The notes beneath the pieces were generated by a model. It did no database searches, was not told the origin of the DNA, and saw only the letters and a list, made by a program, of their open reading frames with translations. A DNA stretch of 64,000 nucleotides from an uncultured delta proteobacterium (GTDB lineage: Bacteria; Myxococcota_A; Polyangia; Polyangiales; Polyangiaceae), in NCBI GenBank assembly GCA_963841435.1, contig CAWJCS010000005.1, forward strand, positions 512,001-576,000, given 5' to 3'. How positions within the stretch are numbered: position 1 is the stretch's first letter; each line of letters begins with the position of its first letter. Below, in pieces: positions 17,388 through 27,500 of this stretch. A program made the position numbers and the translations under genes.

Positions 17388-18455
17388 ATGGATCCGCGCA
17401 TCCCGCTGCAAGGCGTGACACCCGACGAGCTCGCCCGGCTGATCCCCGAGCTGCGCGTCGAGGAAGCGCGCAGCGTCGTCGCCGCAGTGCATCGCGACGA
17501 GGATCCTGGGATGCCGTCGTCGGCCGTGCGGCGGGTGGCTCGCGAGGCCGTCCGGGCGCGCGGCGACGTGCCACGTCTCGAAACAGTCGAGCAAACGGCG
17601 AGCCGCCTCGACCCGTTCATCAAGCTGCTCCTCAGAACGACCGACGCTCGGCTCGTCGAGACCGTGCGCATTCCGCTCGAAAAGCTAGGGCGATTCAGCG
17701 TCTGCGTCAGCTCCCAGATCGGCTGCGCTCTCTCCTGTGCGTTCTGCGCGACAGGTCGGCTCGGGCTGTCGCGCAACCTCGAGACCTGGGAGATCGTCGA
17801 ACAGGTGCGGGCCGTGCGCCGGACCCTCCACCGCCGGGCGGGAGAGCGCGTCCACGGCGTGGTCTTCCAGGGCATGGGCGAGCCGCTCGCGAACCTCGAG
17901 CGCGTCGTCGCCGCGGTGCGCGTGCTCACCGATCCGAGCGCCTGCGCGATCGATGCGCGCAACGTCACCATCTGCACGGCGGGGCTGCCGGCCGGCATCC
18001 GCCGCCTCGCCCACGAGCTACCGAAGGTGCGCCTCGGCTGGTCGATCGCGACGGCACGCCCCGGCGCGCGACGAACCCTCATGCCCGTCGACGACGCGCA
18101 CCCGCTCGAGGCGACATTCGAGGCGTGCGTCGAGCACGCGAGGGTCACGGGGCTTTCGCCGCTCTGGGCCGTCACGCTGCTCGCCGGGCACAACGACGGC
18201 GAGGACGACGCGCGAGCGCTCTCGGCGCTCGCCGAGCGGTTTCGTGCCGCGGCCGGGCGAGCGCCGCGCATCAGCGTCATCCCCTACAATCGCATCGCCG
18301 ACGACGCGTCCGACCCGTTCCGCCGCTCGAGCGAAGCTGCCGAGCAGCGTTTTCGGGCGGCGATGCACGCCGCCGGGGCTTTCACGCACAAGCGCTACAG
18401 CGGCGGCTCCAACGTCGCCGCGGCGTGCGGGCAGCTCGTAGCGCGCGCCTCATGA
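17388..18455 (+). CDS. RlmN/Cfr-family radical SAM RNA methyltransferase paralog
   Basis: CVSSQIGCALSCAFCATG, VVFQGMGEP and C-terminal AACGQL. Confidence 0.85.
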   Translation: MDPRIPLQGVTPDELARLIPELRVEEARSVVAAVHRDEDPGMPSSAVRRVAREAVRARGDVPRLETVEQTASRLDPFIKLLLRTTDARLVETVRIPLEKLGRFSVCVSSQIGCALSCAFCATGRLGLSRNLETWEIVEQVRAVRRTLHRRAGERVHGVVFQGMGEPLANLERVVAAVRVLTDPSACAIDARNVTICTAGLPAGIRRLAHELPKVRLGWSIATARPGARRTLMPVDDAHPLEATFEACVEHARVTGLSPLWAVTLLAGHNDGEDDARALSALAERFRAAAGRAPRISVIPYNRIADDASDPFRRSSEAAEQRFRAAMHAAGAFTHKRYSGGSNVAAACGQLVARAS

Positions 18456-20419
18456 GGGAAGCGGTTGCGATCGCGCTGTTGTCGCTTTCGTGCGATCGCC
18501 CGCCCGCGGCGCTGGTGCCCGCGGGTGTCGCGTCCGTGCATCGAACGGCGGTGACGGCGGCGCCGAGCAGCGCTCCACCGGCGGCCGCGCCGGACGACAC
18601 GCCGGCGCCGGCACCGCTACTGCTCGTCACGGAGCCGAACGTGCTCGCGAGCCTCGAGTCCCGCGGCCTCGCGCTCGCGCGCTTCTTCGGCGCGAGCACT
18701 GGCGACGACGGCGCGACCCTCGCACGCACTCCCGGCTACGCGCCAGTTGCCCGCAGCATCGAGCGCGAAGCCGCCGAGCTCGCACGGCGCGACCCGAGCG
18801 CCGGAGTGCGCGTCGACCGTTACTCACACCGGCTCTTCGACGTGCGGTGGCTTCGCGCGCCGAGCACGCGGTTCGAGCTCGTCGGCATCGTGAATCGCTT
18901 CGACCGCGCGCCGTTCGCCGCCGGCTCGTGCGGCGAAACGCGCCTCGTTTACCGTCTTTCGTACGCGACCCAGGTCGGCGACAACCCGGTCTCGTCGCGG
19001 CTCCCGATGACGCTCGCCCTCGAGCTCGTCGTCCCCGACGACGGCGCGAGCTGTCGCACGACCGTCGCGCGCTGGCAGCCGCCCCGAACGCTCGAGGGCG
19101 AGGCGCTCGCTGACTTCCTCGTCGGGCCCCGCGGGCCGCTCTCACCCGCGCTGCTCGACGCGGGTCGCCGCGGACCGCACCGCATCGTCACGAACACACA
19201 GCTCGTGCGCTGGCCCTCGACGGTGCGGCCGGACCTCGGCGGGCACGCCGAGTACTTGCTCTCGTCGTTCCAGCCGACGCCCGAAGGCGGCTACGCGCCG
19301 GCACTGCTCGAGAACACGCCGGACCTCGTGCGGCTGCGCCGGGACCCGTCGCTCGTGAAAGAGCTAGCTCGCGCGCTCTCGACGAAAGCCGCGCGCGAGG
19401 CGATCGACGACGGAACGTTCCTGCTCGAGGACCGCTTCCTCGCGAAACGCGCCGTCTCGGTCACGCCGCGCGGCCTTTCGCGCGGCCAGAACCGCCCCTT
19501 TTCGGCGCTTTTGGGCGAGCGGGATTTCGTCGGCATGGAGCCGCTCGCGGGCAAGCACGTTCGGTCGCTCGAGGGCCTGTTGCGTCGGCTCGATGCGCTC
19601 TCCTGCCCGGGGTGCCACGAAGCGCGGAGCGTCGCGGGGTTTCACCTGCTCGGCGACGACCCGACGGACGCACCGGCGGGCACGGCGCTCGCCACGGGAG
19701 CCTCGCCCCATCTGATCGGCGACCTCGACCGCCGGGCGAAGGTCGCCGCCGCCGCGCTCGCGGGCGAGCAGCCCGATTTCGCTCAGGGCTTCCCCGAGCG
19801 CTCGTCGAGCGGCGGCTACGGCGCGCACTGCGGGCTCGACGGCGAGCCGACCTTTCGCGAATGGGGCTGCGACCCTGGTCTCGTTTGCCGTCCGTACGAC
19901 GCGCCCAAGGGCGAGCACGTCGGGCAGTGCCTGCCCGGGGCCGCGAGCCGTGCGGGCGACCCTTGCGAGGTCGGTCCGCTCGCGCGGAACACCGACGGCA
20001 CGCGCGACCGCGTGGCGAGCGTCGTGCGCGAAAGCTGCGCGGGCAGCGCCGTGTGCAATCGCAATGCCGTGGGCTTTCCCGGCGGCATGTGCACCGAATC
20101 CTGCGACGCGCTCTCGCCGGGCAGTGCCTGCGGCAAGATCGCGATCCTCGAGCCGTTCAATGCCTGTGTCGCGCGAGGCGAACCGTTCGTGACGTGCCTA
20201 GCAAGCCACGCTCGCCCCGCCGGCCTGCGCGCCTGCGGGCGGGAGACCCCCTGCCGCGACGACTACGTCTGTGCGCGCGCTGACACCGGCGAGACCGGCG
20301 CCGGCCAGCCAAGCCCTGGCGGAAGAAGTCCCGCGTCCAAGACTGCGCGAGTCGATCCTGGCGGCGCCTGCATCCCGCCGTATTTCCTGTTCCAGCTCCG
20401 GGTCGACGGCCATCCGTGA
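18452..20419 (+). CDS. Hypothetical lipoprotein with one CxxCH motif and a Cys-rich C-terminal region
   Basis: ATGA overlap with the upstream gene, lipobox LSLS-C, CPGCHE and many C-terminal cysteines. Confidence 0.7.
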   Translation: MREAVAIALLSLSCDRPPAALVPAGVASVHRTAVTAAPSSAPPAAAPDDTPAPAPLLLVTEPNVLASLESRGLALARFFGASTGDDGATLARTPGYAPVARSIEREAAELARRDPSAGVRVDRYSHRLFDVRWLRAPSTRFELVGIVNRFDRAPFAAGSCGETRLVYRLSYATQVGDNPVSSRLPMTLALELVVPDDGASCRTTVARWQPPRTLEGEALADFLVGPRGPLSPALLDAGRRGPHRIVTNTQLVRWPSTVRPDLGGHAEYLLSSFQPTPEGGYAPALLENTPDLVRLRRDPSLVKELARALSTKAAREAIDDGTFLLEDRFLAKRAVSVTPRGLSRGQNRPFSALLGERDFVGMEPLAGKHVRSLEGLLRRLDALSCPGCHEARSVAGFHLLGDDPTDAPAGTALATGASPHLIGDLDRRAKVAAAALAGEQPDFAQGFPERSSSGGYGAHCGLDGEPTFREWGCDPGLVCRPYDAPKGEHVGQCLPGAASRAGDPCEVGPLARNTDGTRDRVASVVRESCAGSAVCNRNAVGFPGGMCTESCDALSPGSACGKIAILEPFNACVARGEPFVTCLASHARPAGLRACGRETPCRDDYVCARADTGETGAGQPSPGGRSPASKTARVDPGGACIPPYFLFQLRVDGHP

Positions 20420-20484
20420 GCGCGGCGAAAAGCCGCGCCATACCGGTTGCTAAGCCTCCCGGTTTTGGAGGACGCTCTCGTCCG

Positions 20485-22446
20485 ATGCGAAACGACCGCA
20501 CGCTCGGCGTCATCCTGCTCGGCGCCCTGGGGCTCGTGGTCGTGTTGCTCGTCATCGTCCTGTTGCAGCTTCACAACGTCGAAGCGCGCTTCATTGCCCA
20601 GGGGCAGCAGCTGCGCGCGCTCGGCGACGCGACCGACAAGCTCGTCGCGGGCGGCGTGCGCGTCGGCGGGCAAGCTCCAGCCGCGAGCGACGCGATCCCG
20701 CCCGGCGTGAAGCTCCTCCACCCCGACGTCGAGAACTTCTTGAAGCCCGCGGACACGCACTGGCCCGCGCCGGGTGCGAGGACGGACGGCGTGCTCCTGC
20801 GCGGCTGGTGGACCGGTGATCCGAAAGGTTTCAACCCGCTGCTCGAGAACAGCGCGTACAACACCGAGTACATCGAGATCTACGCCGCGCAGAGCCTCGC
20901 GTCGCCCAACGCCTGGACGAACCCGAGCGTGTGGCATGCGGACCTCGCGTGGCGCGTCGAGATCACCGACGACTACAAGGAATTCACCTTCTACCTGAAG
21001 CACGGCGTGAAGTGGCACCGCCCCGCGGGCGTGAGCCTCGACGATCCCAAGTACGCCTGGCTGAAAAAGGACCACGAGGTCACGGCCGGTGACTTCGTGT
21101 TCACGCTCGACATGATCCTGAACCCCCAGGTGGAGAGCGGCCCCACGCGCAACTACTACGCCGAGCTCGAGACCTGGAAGGCGGTCGACGACTACACGCT
21201 CGTGCTGCGCTGGAAGAAAAAGCAGTTCACGAATCTCGACCAGAGCCTCGCGCTCGCGGCGTTGCCCAAGTTCATCTACGCCTATGATCAGGACGGCAAG
21301 CCGTTCCCGAAGGAAACCCTGGGGCTTCGCTTCAACCAGCACTGGTACAACAACAAGGCCTTCGTCGGCTCTGGCCCGTACCGCATGGACAGCTACGAGC
21401 CCGGGACGAAAATCGCGGTGGTCCGCAACGAGGACTACGTCGGCGAAAAGCCGGCCATCCAAGCGATGCTCTACCCGATTTACACGGATCCGAACCAGAC
21501 CCTGCTAAAGCTCAAGGCGCACGAGCTCAACGTGGGAGAGCTCATGCCCGGGCAATACCGCGAGGAGATCCAGAAGTACGAAGCGCTCGGGCAAAAGCCC
21601 GCGAACAGCCCCTTCTTCGACGGTCGGATTCACTGTGAGAAAGTACCCGACGCCGCGTACCGCTACATCGGGTGGAACGCGGATCGCCCGTATTTTTCCG
21701 ACAAGCGCGTGCGACGCGCCATGACGTACGCCTTCGATCGGCAGCGCATCCTCGATACGGTGTACGTCGGGCTAGGAACGCTCGCGACGGGCCCCTTCCC
21801 ACCGGATGCGCCCTACAACGATCCGGGCGTCAAACCGATCCCGTACGATCTCGAGGCCGCGAAGCGCCTGCTCGCGGAGGCCGGGTGGGCCGATACCGAC
21901 GGCGACGGCCTGCTCGACCGCTCCCTTCACGAGGGCGAGCCCAGGAAACCTTTCGAGTTCAAGTTCCTCGTCCCGGCCAGCTCGAAGGAGCCCGGCGTGC
22001 TCGCCAACATCTTCCGCGACGACCTCTTGAAGATCGGCGTGAAGATGAACATCGAGTCGGCCGAATGGAGCTTGTTTTTGAAGCGCATGGACGAAAAGGC
22101 GTTCGACGCCTACGTCGCGGCTTGGACGGTCGGCTGGAACCCCGACCTCTACCAGATCTGGCACTCGTCGCAGGCCGACGTACCCAAGGGCTCGAACCGC
22201 GTCGGGTTCCGCAACGAGGAAGCGGATCGCATCATCGAGGCGTTGCGCGTGAGCTTCGACCTCGACGAGCGCAAAAAGCTCCTCCAGGCATTTCACCGGC
22301 TCGTCCACGAGGAGCAACCGTACAGCTTCTTCGCGGCCAAAAAGACGGTGCTCTGCACCTGGCGCGAGGTGGACAACGTGCTCGTGAGCAAGGTCTTTCC
22401 CACCGTCAACGCGCTGCCCTGGTCCGTGGCCCGCACGGAGCAGTGA
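20485..22446 (+). CDS. Peptide/nickel ABC transporter substrate-binding protein (family 5)
   Basis: GDPKGFNP, GSGPYRM, YIGWN, FSDKRVRRAM and WHSSQ motifs, with an N-terminal TM anchor. Confidence 0.9.
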   Translation: MRNDRTLGVILLGALGLVVVLLVIVLLQLHNVEARFIAQGQQLRALGDATDKLVAGGVRVGGQAPAASDAIPPGVKLLHPDVENFLKPADTHWPAPGARTDGVLLRGWWTGDPKGFNPLLENSAYNTEYIEIYAAQSLASPNAWTNPSVWHADLAWRVEITDDYKEFTFYLKHGVKWHRPAGVSLDDPKYAWLKKDHEVTAGDFVFTLDMILNPQVESGPTRNYYAELETWKAVDDYTLVLRWKKKQFTNLDQSLALAALPKFIYAYDQDGKPFPKETLGLRFNQHWYNNKAFVGSGPYRMDSYEPGTKIAVVRNEDYVGEKPAIQAMLYPIYTDPNQTLLKLKAHELNVGELMPGQYREEIQKYEALGQKPANSPFFDGRIHCEKVPDAAYRYIGWNADRPYFSDKRVRRAMTYAFDRQRILDTVYVGLGTLATGPFPPDAPYNDPGVKPIPYDLEAAKRLLAEAGWADTDGDGLLDRSLHEGEPRKPFEFKFLVPASSKEPGVLANIFRDDLLKIGVKMNIESAEWSLFLKRMDEKAFDAYVAAWTVGWNPDLYQIWHSSQADVPKGSNRVGFRNEEADRIIEALRVSFDLDERKKLLQAFHRLVHEEQPYSFFAAKKTVLCTWREVDNVLVSKVFPTVNALPWSVARTEQ

Positions 22447-22467
22447 GTCGGCAGCCGAAGCGAGCGC

Positions 22468-23910
22468 ATGAAAGCTTACGTACTGCGCCGCCTGCTGCTG
22501 ATGATTCCCACGTTCTTCGGCATCTCCCTGATCCTGTTTCTCGTGCTGAATCTCGCACCCGGACGCCCGGGGCAGCAGCAGTCGGGGGACCTCGCGCAGA
22601 GCATGCGCGGCGAAGTGACGCAGGAATCGTATCGCATCTTTCGCGAGCAGTTTCACCTCGACAAGCCCATCCTGCTCAACACGCGTTTCGCGCTCGAGCG
22701 AGCCGACGTGGAACGGCTCCTGGCAAAGGTCGCGCGCGTCGTGGACGCGACCGCAGCCGAGCGCGTCGAGGCGCAGGACGCGCTCGAGGATCTCGGGGCG
22801 TACGCGGTCCCGCACTTGATTGCGTTGCTCGACGCTCCCGACCGTCGTCTGCGCGACGCGGCAACCTACTTCTTGCGGCTGAACGCGCTCCGCCCCCTCG
22901 AGGATCCGTTCAACCCCAGCCCGAGCCCCGTGGTCCAGGCAAGAAACCGCGCCATCGACCACGAAAACGCCACGCTTCGCACGCTGCGCTTCTCGCTCGA
23001 CGATCCCGAGCCCGAAAAGCTCGAGATCGTCGCCGCCTGGAAGCGCTGGTACGCGGCCCACGGCGAGCGCTTCTCCTACGGCCTCGCCGACGAGGTGCGC
23101 ATCTTCTTTTTCGACACGCGCTTCGCCGCCTACTGGAAGAACCTCGTCAGGCTCGACTTCGGCGTCTCTCTCACCAGCCGTGAGCCCGTGGTGCGCACGC
23201 TCGTCTCGAAGCTCAAGTACTCGCTCTCGCTGTCAGTGGGCTCGCTGCTCCTCGCGTACGCCCTCGCGATCCCGCTCGGCATCTTCTCGGCCGTGAAGAA
23301 GGGCACGCGCGCGGATCGCATCGTCACCACCTTGCTCTTCATGCTGTATTCGCTGCCGAGCTTCTTCGTCGCGACGCTCTTGCTCTACTTCTTTTCGGCG
23401 GGCTCGAGCTGGGAGAGCCTGCGCTTCTTCCCCACTGGCGGCTGGGTCAGCCGCGACGCCGCGGACTTGACGACGCTCGGCCGCCTCGCCGACGTGCTCT
23501 GGCACCTCGTTTTGCCCATGGCGTGCATGACCTACGGCTCCCTCGCGGCGCTCAGCCGCTACATGCGCGCCGGCCTGCTCGACGTCATCCAGGCCGACTA
23601 CGTGCGCACGGCGCGCGCCAAGGGGCTGAGCGAGCGTGTCGTGATCGGCAAGCATGCGCTCCGCAACGGCCTGTTGCCCATCCTCACGCTGCTGGCGGGC
23701 CTGCTGCCGGCCGTGCTCGGCGGCTCGGTGATCATCGAGTACATCTTCGGCATCCCCGGCATGGGCCTCTGGACGGTCGAGGCCATCTACCAGCGCGACT
23801 ACAACGTCATCCTGGCGGTCGAGCTGTTCTCGACGCTACTCGTGTTGGTCGGCCTTCTGCTCACCGACCTGAGCTACGCGCTCGTCGACCCGAGAATCCG
23901 CTTCGAATGA
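22468..23910 (+). CDS. Peptide ABC permease (DppB/OppB type) with a large insertion
   Basis: YVLRRLLLMIPT, DFGVS, EAA loop YVRTARAKGL, HALRN and terminal DPRI. Confidence 0.9.
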   Translation: MKAYVLRRLLLMIPTFFGISLILFLVLNLAPGRPGQQQSGDLAQSMRGEVTQESYRIFREQFHLDKPILLNTRFALERADVERLLAKVARVVDATAAERVEAQDALEDLGAYAVPHLIALLDAPDRRLRDAATYFLRLNALRPLEDPFNPSPSPVVQARNRAIDHENATLRTLRFSLDDPEPEKLEIVAAWKRWYAAHGERFSYGLADEVRIFFFDTRFAAYWKNLVRLDFGVSLTSREPVVRTLVSKLKYSLSLSVGSLLLAYALAIPLGIFSAVKKGTRADRIVTTLLFMLYSLPSFFVATLLLYFFSAGSSWESLRFFPTGGWVSRDAADLTTLGRLADVLWHLVLPMACMTYGSLAALSRYMRAGLLDVIQADYVRTARAKGLSERVVIGKHALRNGLLPILTLLAGLLPAVLGGSVIIEYIFGIPGMGLWTVEAIYQRDYNVILAVELFSTLLVLVGLLLTDLSYALVDPRIRFE

Positions 23911-25139
23911 CGGCGCCGAACCGTACCCCCAGTGTCGGCTACTTCACACTCGCCCTGCGCGAGCTCAAGAAGGACCGCCTCGCGATGACCGGGCTTTGGG
24001 CGATTCTCGCGCTTTCCTTGCTCGCGATCTTCGCCCCCGTGCTCGCGCAGAACCAGGCCTTCGCCTTCCGCGAGGCGAGTGGCTGGCGTTTTCCCTGGTT
24101 CGAGTCGCTGTTCGACCGTCTGGTGTTCGAGAACGCCGTCGACATCTTCTTCAACCTCTTGCTCGTCTCGTCGCCGCTGCTCGTCGGCGTGTACCTGGTC
24201 GCGAGGCGCCGGCTCGGCAGCCGCTTCGCGGGCGCTCGTCCGAGGGTGCTTCGCCGCCTCGCGGCCGCCGTCGCCATCGTCTACGTCGCGATCGCGCCGA
24301 CGCACTTCGGGCCGGTCGAAAACCCGCTCTCGTACTCGCGCCCCGTCGTCAACTACCGCACGCTGTGGGAAGCCGCTCGCGCCCAGGGCCACGCGCCGGC
24401 GGCCGTGTTCCCCCTGCATCGCTACAGCTACCGTGAGACCGACCCCGCGCGCTCGCTGCTCGGCCCGAGCACGGAACACCCTCTCGGCACCGACACCGAG
24501 GGGCGCGACGTGCTCGCGCGCATGCTCTACGGCACGCGCATCTCGCTCACGATCGGCGTCGTGGCGGTCGCGCTCTATGTCGTGATCGGCGTCGTGATCG
24601 GCGCGCTCGCCGGCTATTTCGGTGGCGCCGTCGACGCCGCGCTGAGCCGCCTCATCGAGGTGATGATCTGCTTTCCGACGTTCTTTCTCATCCTGACGCT
24701 CGCGGCGCTCATCGAGCAGAGAAGTATCTTCCACGTGATGATCATCATCGGCATCACGAGCTGGACGGGCGTGGCGCGCCTCGTGCGCGCCGAGTTCTTG
24801 AAGCACAAGAGCCTGGAATACGTGCAGGCGGCGCGCGCTCTCGGTGTCCCGGCGCGGCGCATCATCTTCGGCCACGTGCTGCCGAACGCGAGCGCACCCG
24901 TGCTCGTGAGCGCGACCTTCGGCGTCGCGTCGGCGATTCTCGTGGAGTCGAGCCTCGCGTTCCTGGGGGTCGGCGACCTCACCGTCGCGAGCTGGGGCGA
25001 GACGCTCAATGCCGGTCGCCTCGAGGGCAAGCTTTGGCTAATCCTCGCCCCGGGGCTCGCGATCTTCGCCGTGGTGACTCTGTTCAACCTCGTCGGCGAG
25101 GGACTGCGCGACGCGCTCGATCCGAAGCTCAGGCGCTGA
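23907..25139 (+). CDS. Peptide ABC permease (DppC/OppC type)
   Basis: HPLGTDTEGRDV, YVQAARALG and FNLVGEGLRDALDP motifs. Confidence 0.92.
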   Translation: MTAPNRTPSVGYFTLALRELKKDRLAMTGLWAILALSLLAIFAPVLAQNQAFAFREASGWRFPWFESLFDRLVFENAVDIFFNLLLVSSPLLVGVYLVARRRLGSRFAGARPRVLRRLAAAVAIVYVAIAPTHFGPVENPLSYSRPVVNYRTLWEAARAQGHAPAAVFPLHRYSYRETDPARSLLGPSTEHPLGTDTEGRDVLARMLYGTRISLTIGVVAVALYVVIGVVIGALAGYFGGAVDAALSRLIEVMICFPTFFLILTLAALIEQRSIFHVMIIIGITSWTGVARLVRAEFLKHKSLEYVQAARALGVPARRIIFGHVLPNASAPVLVSATFGVASAILVESSLAFLGVGDLTVASWGETLNAGRLEGKLWLILAPGLAIFAVVTLFNLVGEGLRDALDPKLRR

Positions 25140-25166
25140 CCTGGCGCGCCGGCGCGGACGCGATCC

Positions 25167-26684
25167 TCAGCGCTCGCTCTGCATCACGAACACGTCCCCG
25201 TCGCCGAGCGTGCCCTGGAACTTTCGCAGGCGCGAAAATTCTCGCTCCACGACGGCCATCACGTCCGGGAAGCGGCTCCGGGCGTGACCCGAAAACGAGT
25301 ACACGACGAAGGTCGGGCCGGGCTGCTCGCGCAGCGCTTCGAGCTCGGCGGCGTCGTTCACGACGGTCCAGCCCGTTGAATAATATCGGGTATAGGGCAG
25401 CGCCGCGAGCCCCACCACCGCGACGGCGCCGTCTCTGCCCCGCCGAGCTTGGACGAGCTCGAGCGCACCGCGGAAGTCCTGCTTCGGGAAACGGTAGTTT
25501 TTCGGCAGGAGTAAGAGCGACGCGACGATCGCTCCTCCCACGGCGAGGTAGCCACCGATCTTGGCGAGGCGTTCGAGCGGGCCGCCACGCCCGCGCTCGA
25601 CCAGAAAATCGACGCTCACGAACAGGCCGCGAGCCACGCACCAGAGCAAGAACGCCATGTCGAGGAAGAAGTAACGCGGCCAGAGTCGGAAGCCGGCCGC
25701 CACGAGCACGAGCAACGTGAAGGGGATGTTCACGAGGTAGACGGCCGTGAGCACGCGGTTTTTCCGGCACAAGCTGACGCCACCCGCGATCACGAACCCG
25801 ATCGCGAAGGGCAGCCCGACGACGAGCAGCGGCCCGAGGTCGCCGAACCCGCGCACGACCTCGAGCACCGTCCACAAGGGGTTTTTCCACTGACCGTCCG
25901 ACGGGCGCACGACCGCCTTGGCGGCGTGAACGGCGGGCGCGCCCGTGACCTTGGTGAAGGCGGCGAGCATCTGCGGCACGAGCGACGCGTGCAGGAGCGC
26001 CGTGAGCCCCGCGCCGAGCCCCAGGCCGATCCACGGCGCGCGCCCCGTGAGCGCGCTCGGCGGCGGCGCCGGGCGACCGCGACGCCGGGCGAGCCAGCGC
26101 TCGGCGTAGAGCCAGACGAGCACGATGCCGTGCGAGGCGAAGAAGAGCGCCGCGGTGAGGTGCGTGTAGCCGGCAAGCGCCACGGCAACGCCGTAGAGCA
26201 CCCAGGGCCGGAACGAGCGATGCCGCTCGGCGCGCACGAAGATCCACGTCGCGGCCAGGCTGAAGAAAAACAGCCCCGTGTAGCCGCGCGCGTTCTGCGA
26301 AAACCAGATGTGATGGTACGAGAGCGCCAGAAGCAGCGTCGAGAAGCGCGCTTCCCAGGGCCCGACGGCTTCCCGCACGACGTAGTAGGCCATCGCCACC
26401 GAGCCGACGCCGAAAAGGGCGGCCGGCAGGCGCAAGGACCACGCATGCTCCCCGAACGCTGCGATGCTCGCCTGTGCCTCCAGGCTGAAGAGCATGTGGT
26501 TGTTGAGCGACGTGTACGTCGTCAACAGCTCGCGCGTGGGCAGCCGCACGAACTCGACGAGCGTCAGAATTTCGTCGTACCAGAGCTGCGCGTCGAGCGC
26601 GTAGAGGCGCAGCACGAGCGCGAGAAGACAGATGCCGAGGAGCCAGGGTAGCTCCTCGCGCCGAACCGTATCATCCCGCGTCAT
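25167..26684 (-). CDS. GT-C (family 39/PMT-like) membrane glycosyltransferase
   Basis: LWYDE, LRLPAALFG and SQNARGY motifs with multiple TM helices. Confidence 0.85.
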   Translation of the reverse strand: MTRDDTVRREELPWLLGICLLALVLRLYALDAQLWYDEILTLVEFVRLPTRELLTTYTSLNNHMLFSLEAQASIAAFGEHAWSLRLPAALFGVGSVAMAYYVVREAVGPWEARFSTLLLALSYHHIWFSQNARGYTGLFFFSLAATWIFVRAERHRSFRPWVLYGVAVALAGYTHLTAALFFASHGIVLVWLYAERWLARRRGRPAPPPSALTGRAPWIGLGLGAGLTALLHASLVPQMLAAFTKVTGAPAVHAAKAVVRPSDGQWKNPLWTVLEVVRGFGDLGPLLVVGLPFAIGFVIAGGVSLCRKNRVLTAVYLVNIPFTLLVLVAAGFRLWPRYFFLDMAFLLWCVARGLFVSVDFLVERGRGGPLERLAKIGGYLAVGGAIVASLLLLPKNYRFPKQDFRGALELVQARRGRDGAVAVVGLAALPYTRYYSTGWTVVNDAAELEALREQPGPTFVVYSFSGHARSRFPDVMAVVEREFSRLRKFQGTLGDGDVFVMQSER

Positions 26685-26705
26685 GGTCGTCCGCCCCTGG
26701 GTCGC

Positions 26706-27491
26706 TCAGCCCGCTTGCGGGCGCGCGGCCTTCTGCACGCGCGCCGTCACGAGGACCTCGAAGTCCGGGTCGGTGTCGTCGAGCTCGGCGTGAGACAGCT
26801 CTTCGGTCGCGAGGCCGTGCAAGAACGCGATCGCGGCGAGCACGTTGCCGCGCGACGCCACGTCGATGCGCGCGCCCGGGAACGTCTCGCCGAGCATGGC
26901 GCTCAACGATTGGGTAGTGAGGTGAAAGTACTCGCCCCAGTCGTCGCGCCCGAGCCGGCGGCCGATCTTCGCGATGCCGGCGGACGTGATCAAGACGACG
27001 CCGCCCGGCTTCAGGATGCGATGGAGCGTGCGAAGCGCGGCCTTCATGTCGTAAATCATCTGCAACGACTGCGTGAAGATGATGCAATCGAAGCTATCCG
27101 ACGGGATGTGGTCGGCGTTCGTGAGGTCGGCGACGATCGTGGCGATGGGGTTGCCCGCGACGACGTGCAGCACGTCGGCTTGGGTCACGCGGTCACCGCC
27201 GAACCTCTTCGTGTAGCTCGGGTCGCCGAGCTCGAGCGTCCTGCCGCGCACGTCGGCGGCGTTCGCGGAAAGAAAGCTCTCGATGTAGTAGCGGTCGATC
27301 GCCTGGCCACGCTCGAAGCCGAAGATCGCGCTGATCGGCGTCACACGCCGGAGATCGCCGAAACGCACCGTGCCCGTGCGGACCCACTGCAGCCGATACT
27401 GGCGGCGCTTTCGCGTGACCCAGGTGCCGAGCTCCTTCGGTAGCACGCCCTTCAGCGCGAGCTTCGCCTTGTCACCCAAGCGAATCGCCAT
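26706..27491 (-). CDS. Class I SAM-dependent methyltransferase (glycosylation-cluster type)
   Basis: FGFERGQAIDRYYIE, LELG, FDCII and LHRILKPGG motifs. Confidence 0.85.
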   Translation of the reverse strand: MAIRLGDKAKLALKGVLPKELGTWVTRKRRQYRLQWVRTGTVRFGDLRRVTPISAIFGFERGQAIDRYYIESFLSANAADVRGRTLELGDPSYTKRFGGDRVTQADVLHVVAGNPIATIVADLTNADHIPSDSFDCIIFTQSLQMIYDMKAALRTLHRILKPGGVVLITSAGIAKIGRRLGRDDWGEYFHLTTQSLSAMLGETFPGARIDVASRGNVLAAIAFLHGLATEELSHAELDDTDPDFEVLVTARVQKAARPQAG

Positions 27492-27500
27492 CGTGCCTCG

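Noticed and set aside
17126-18451. Long N-terminal extension of the 1097-aa ORF
   Set aside because: Off-frame shadow of the RlmN-like gene. The real start is the ATG at 18452.
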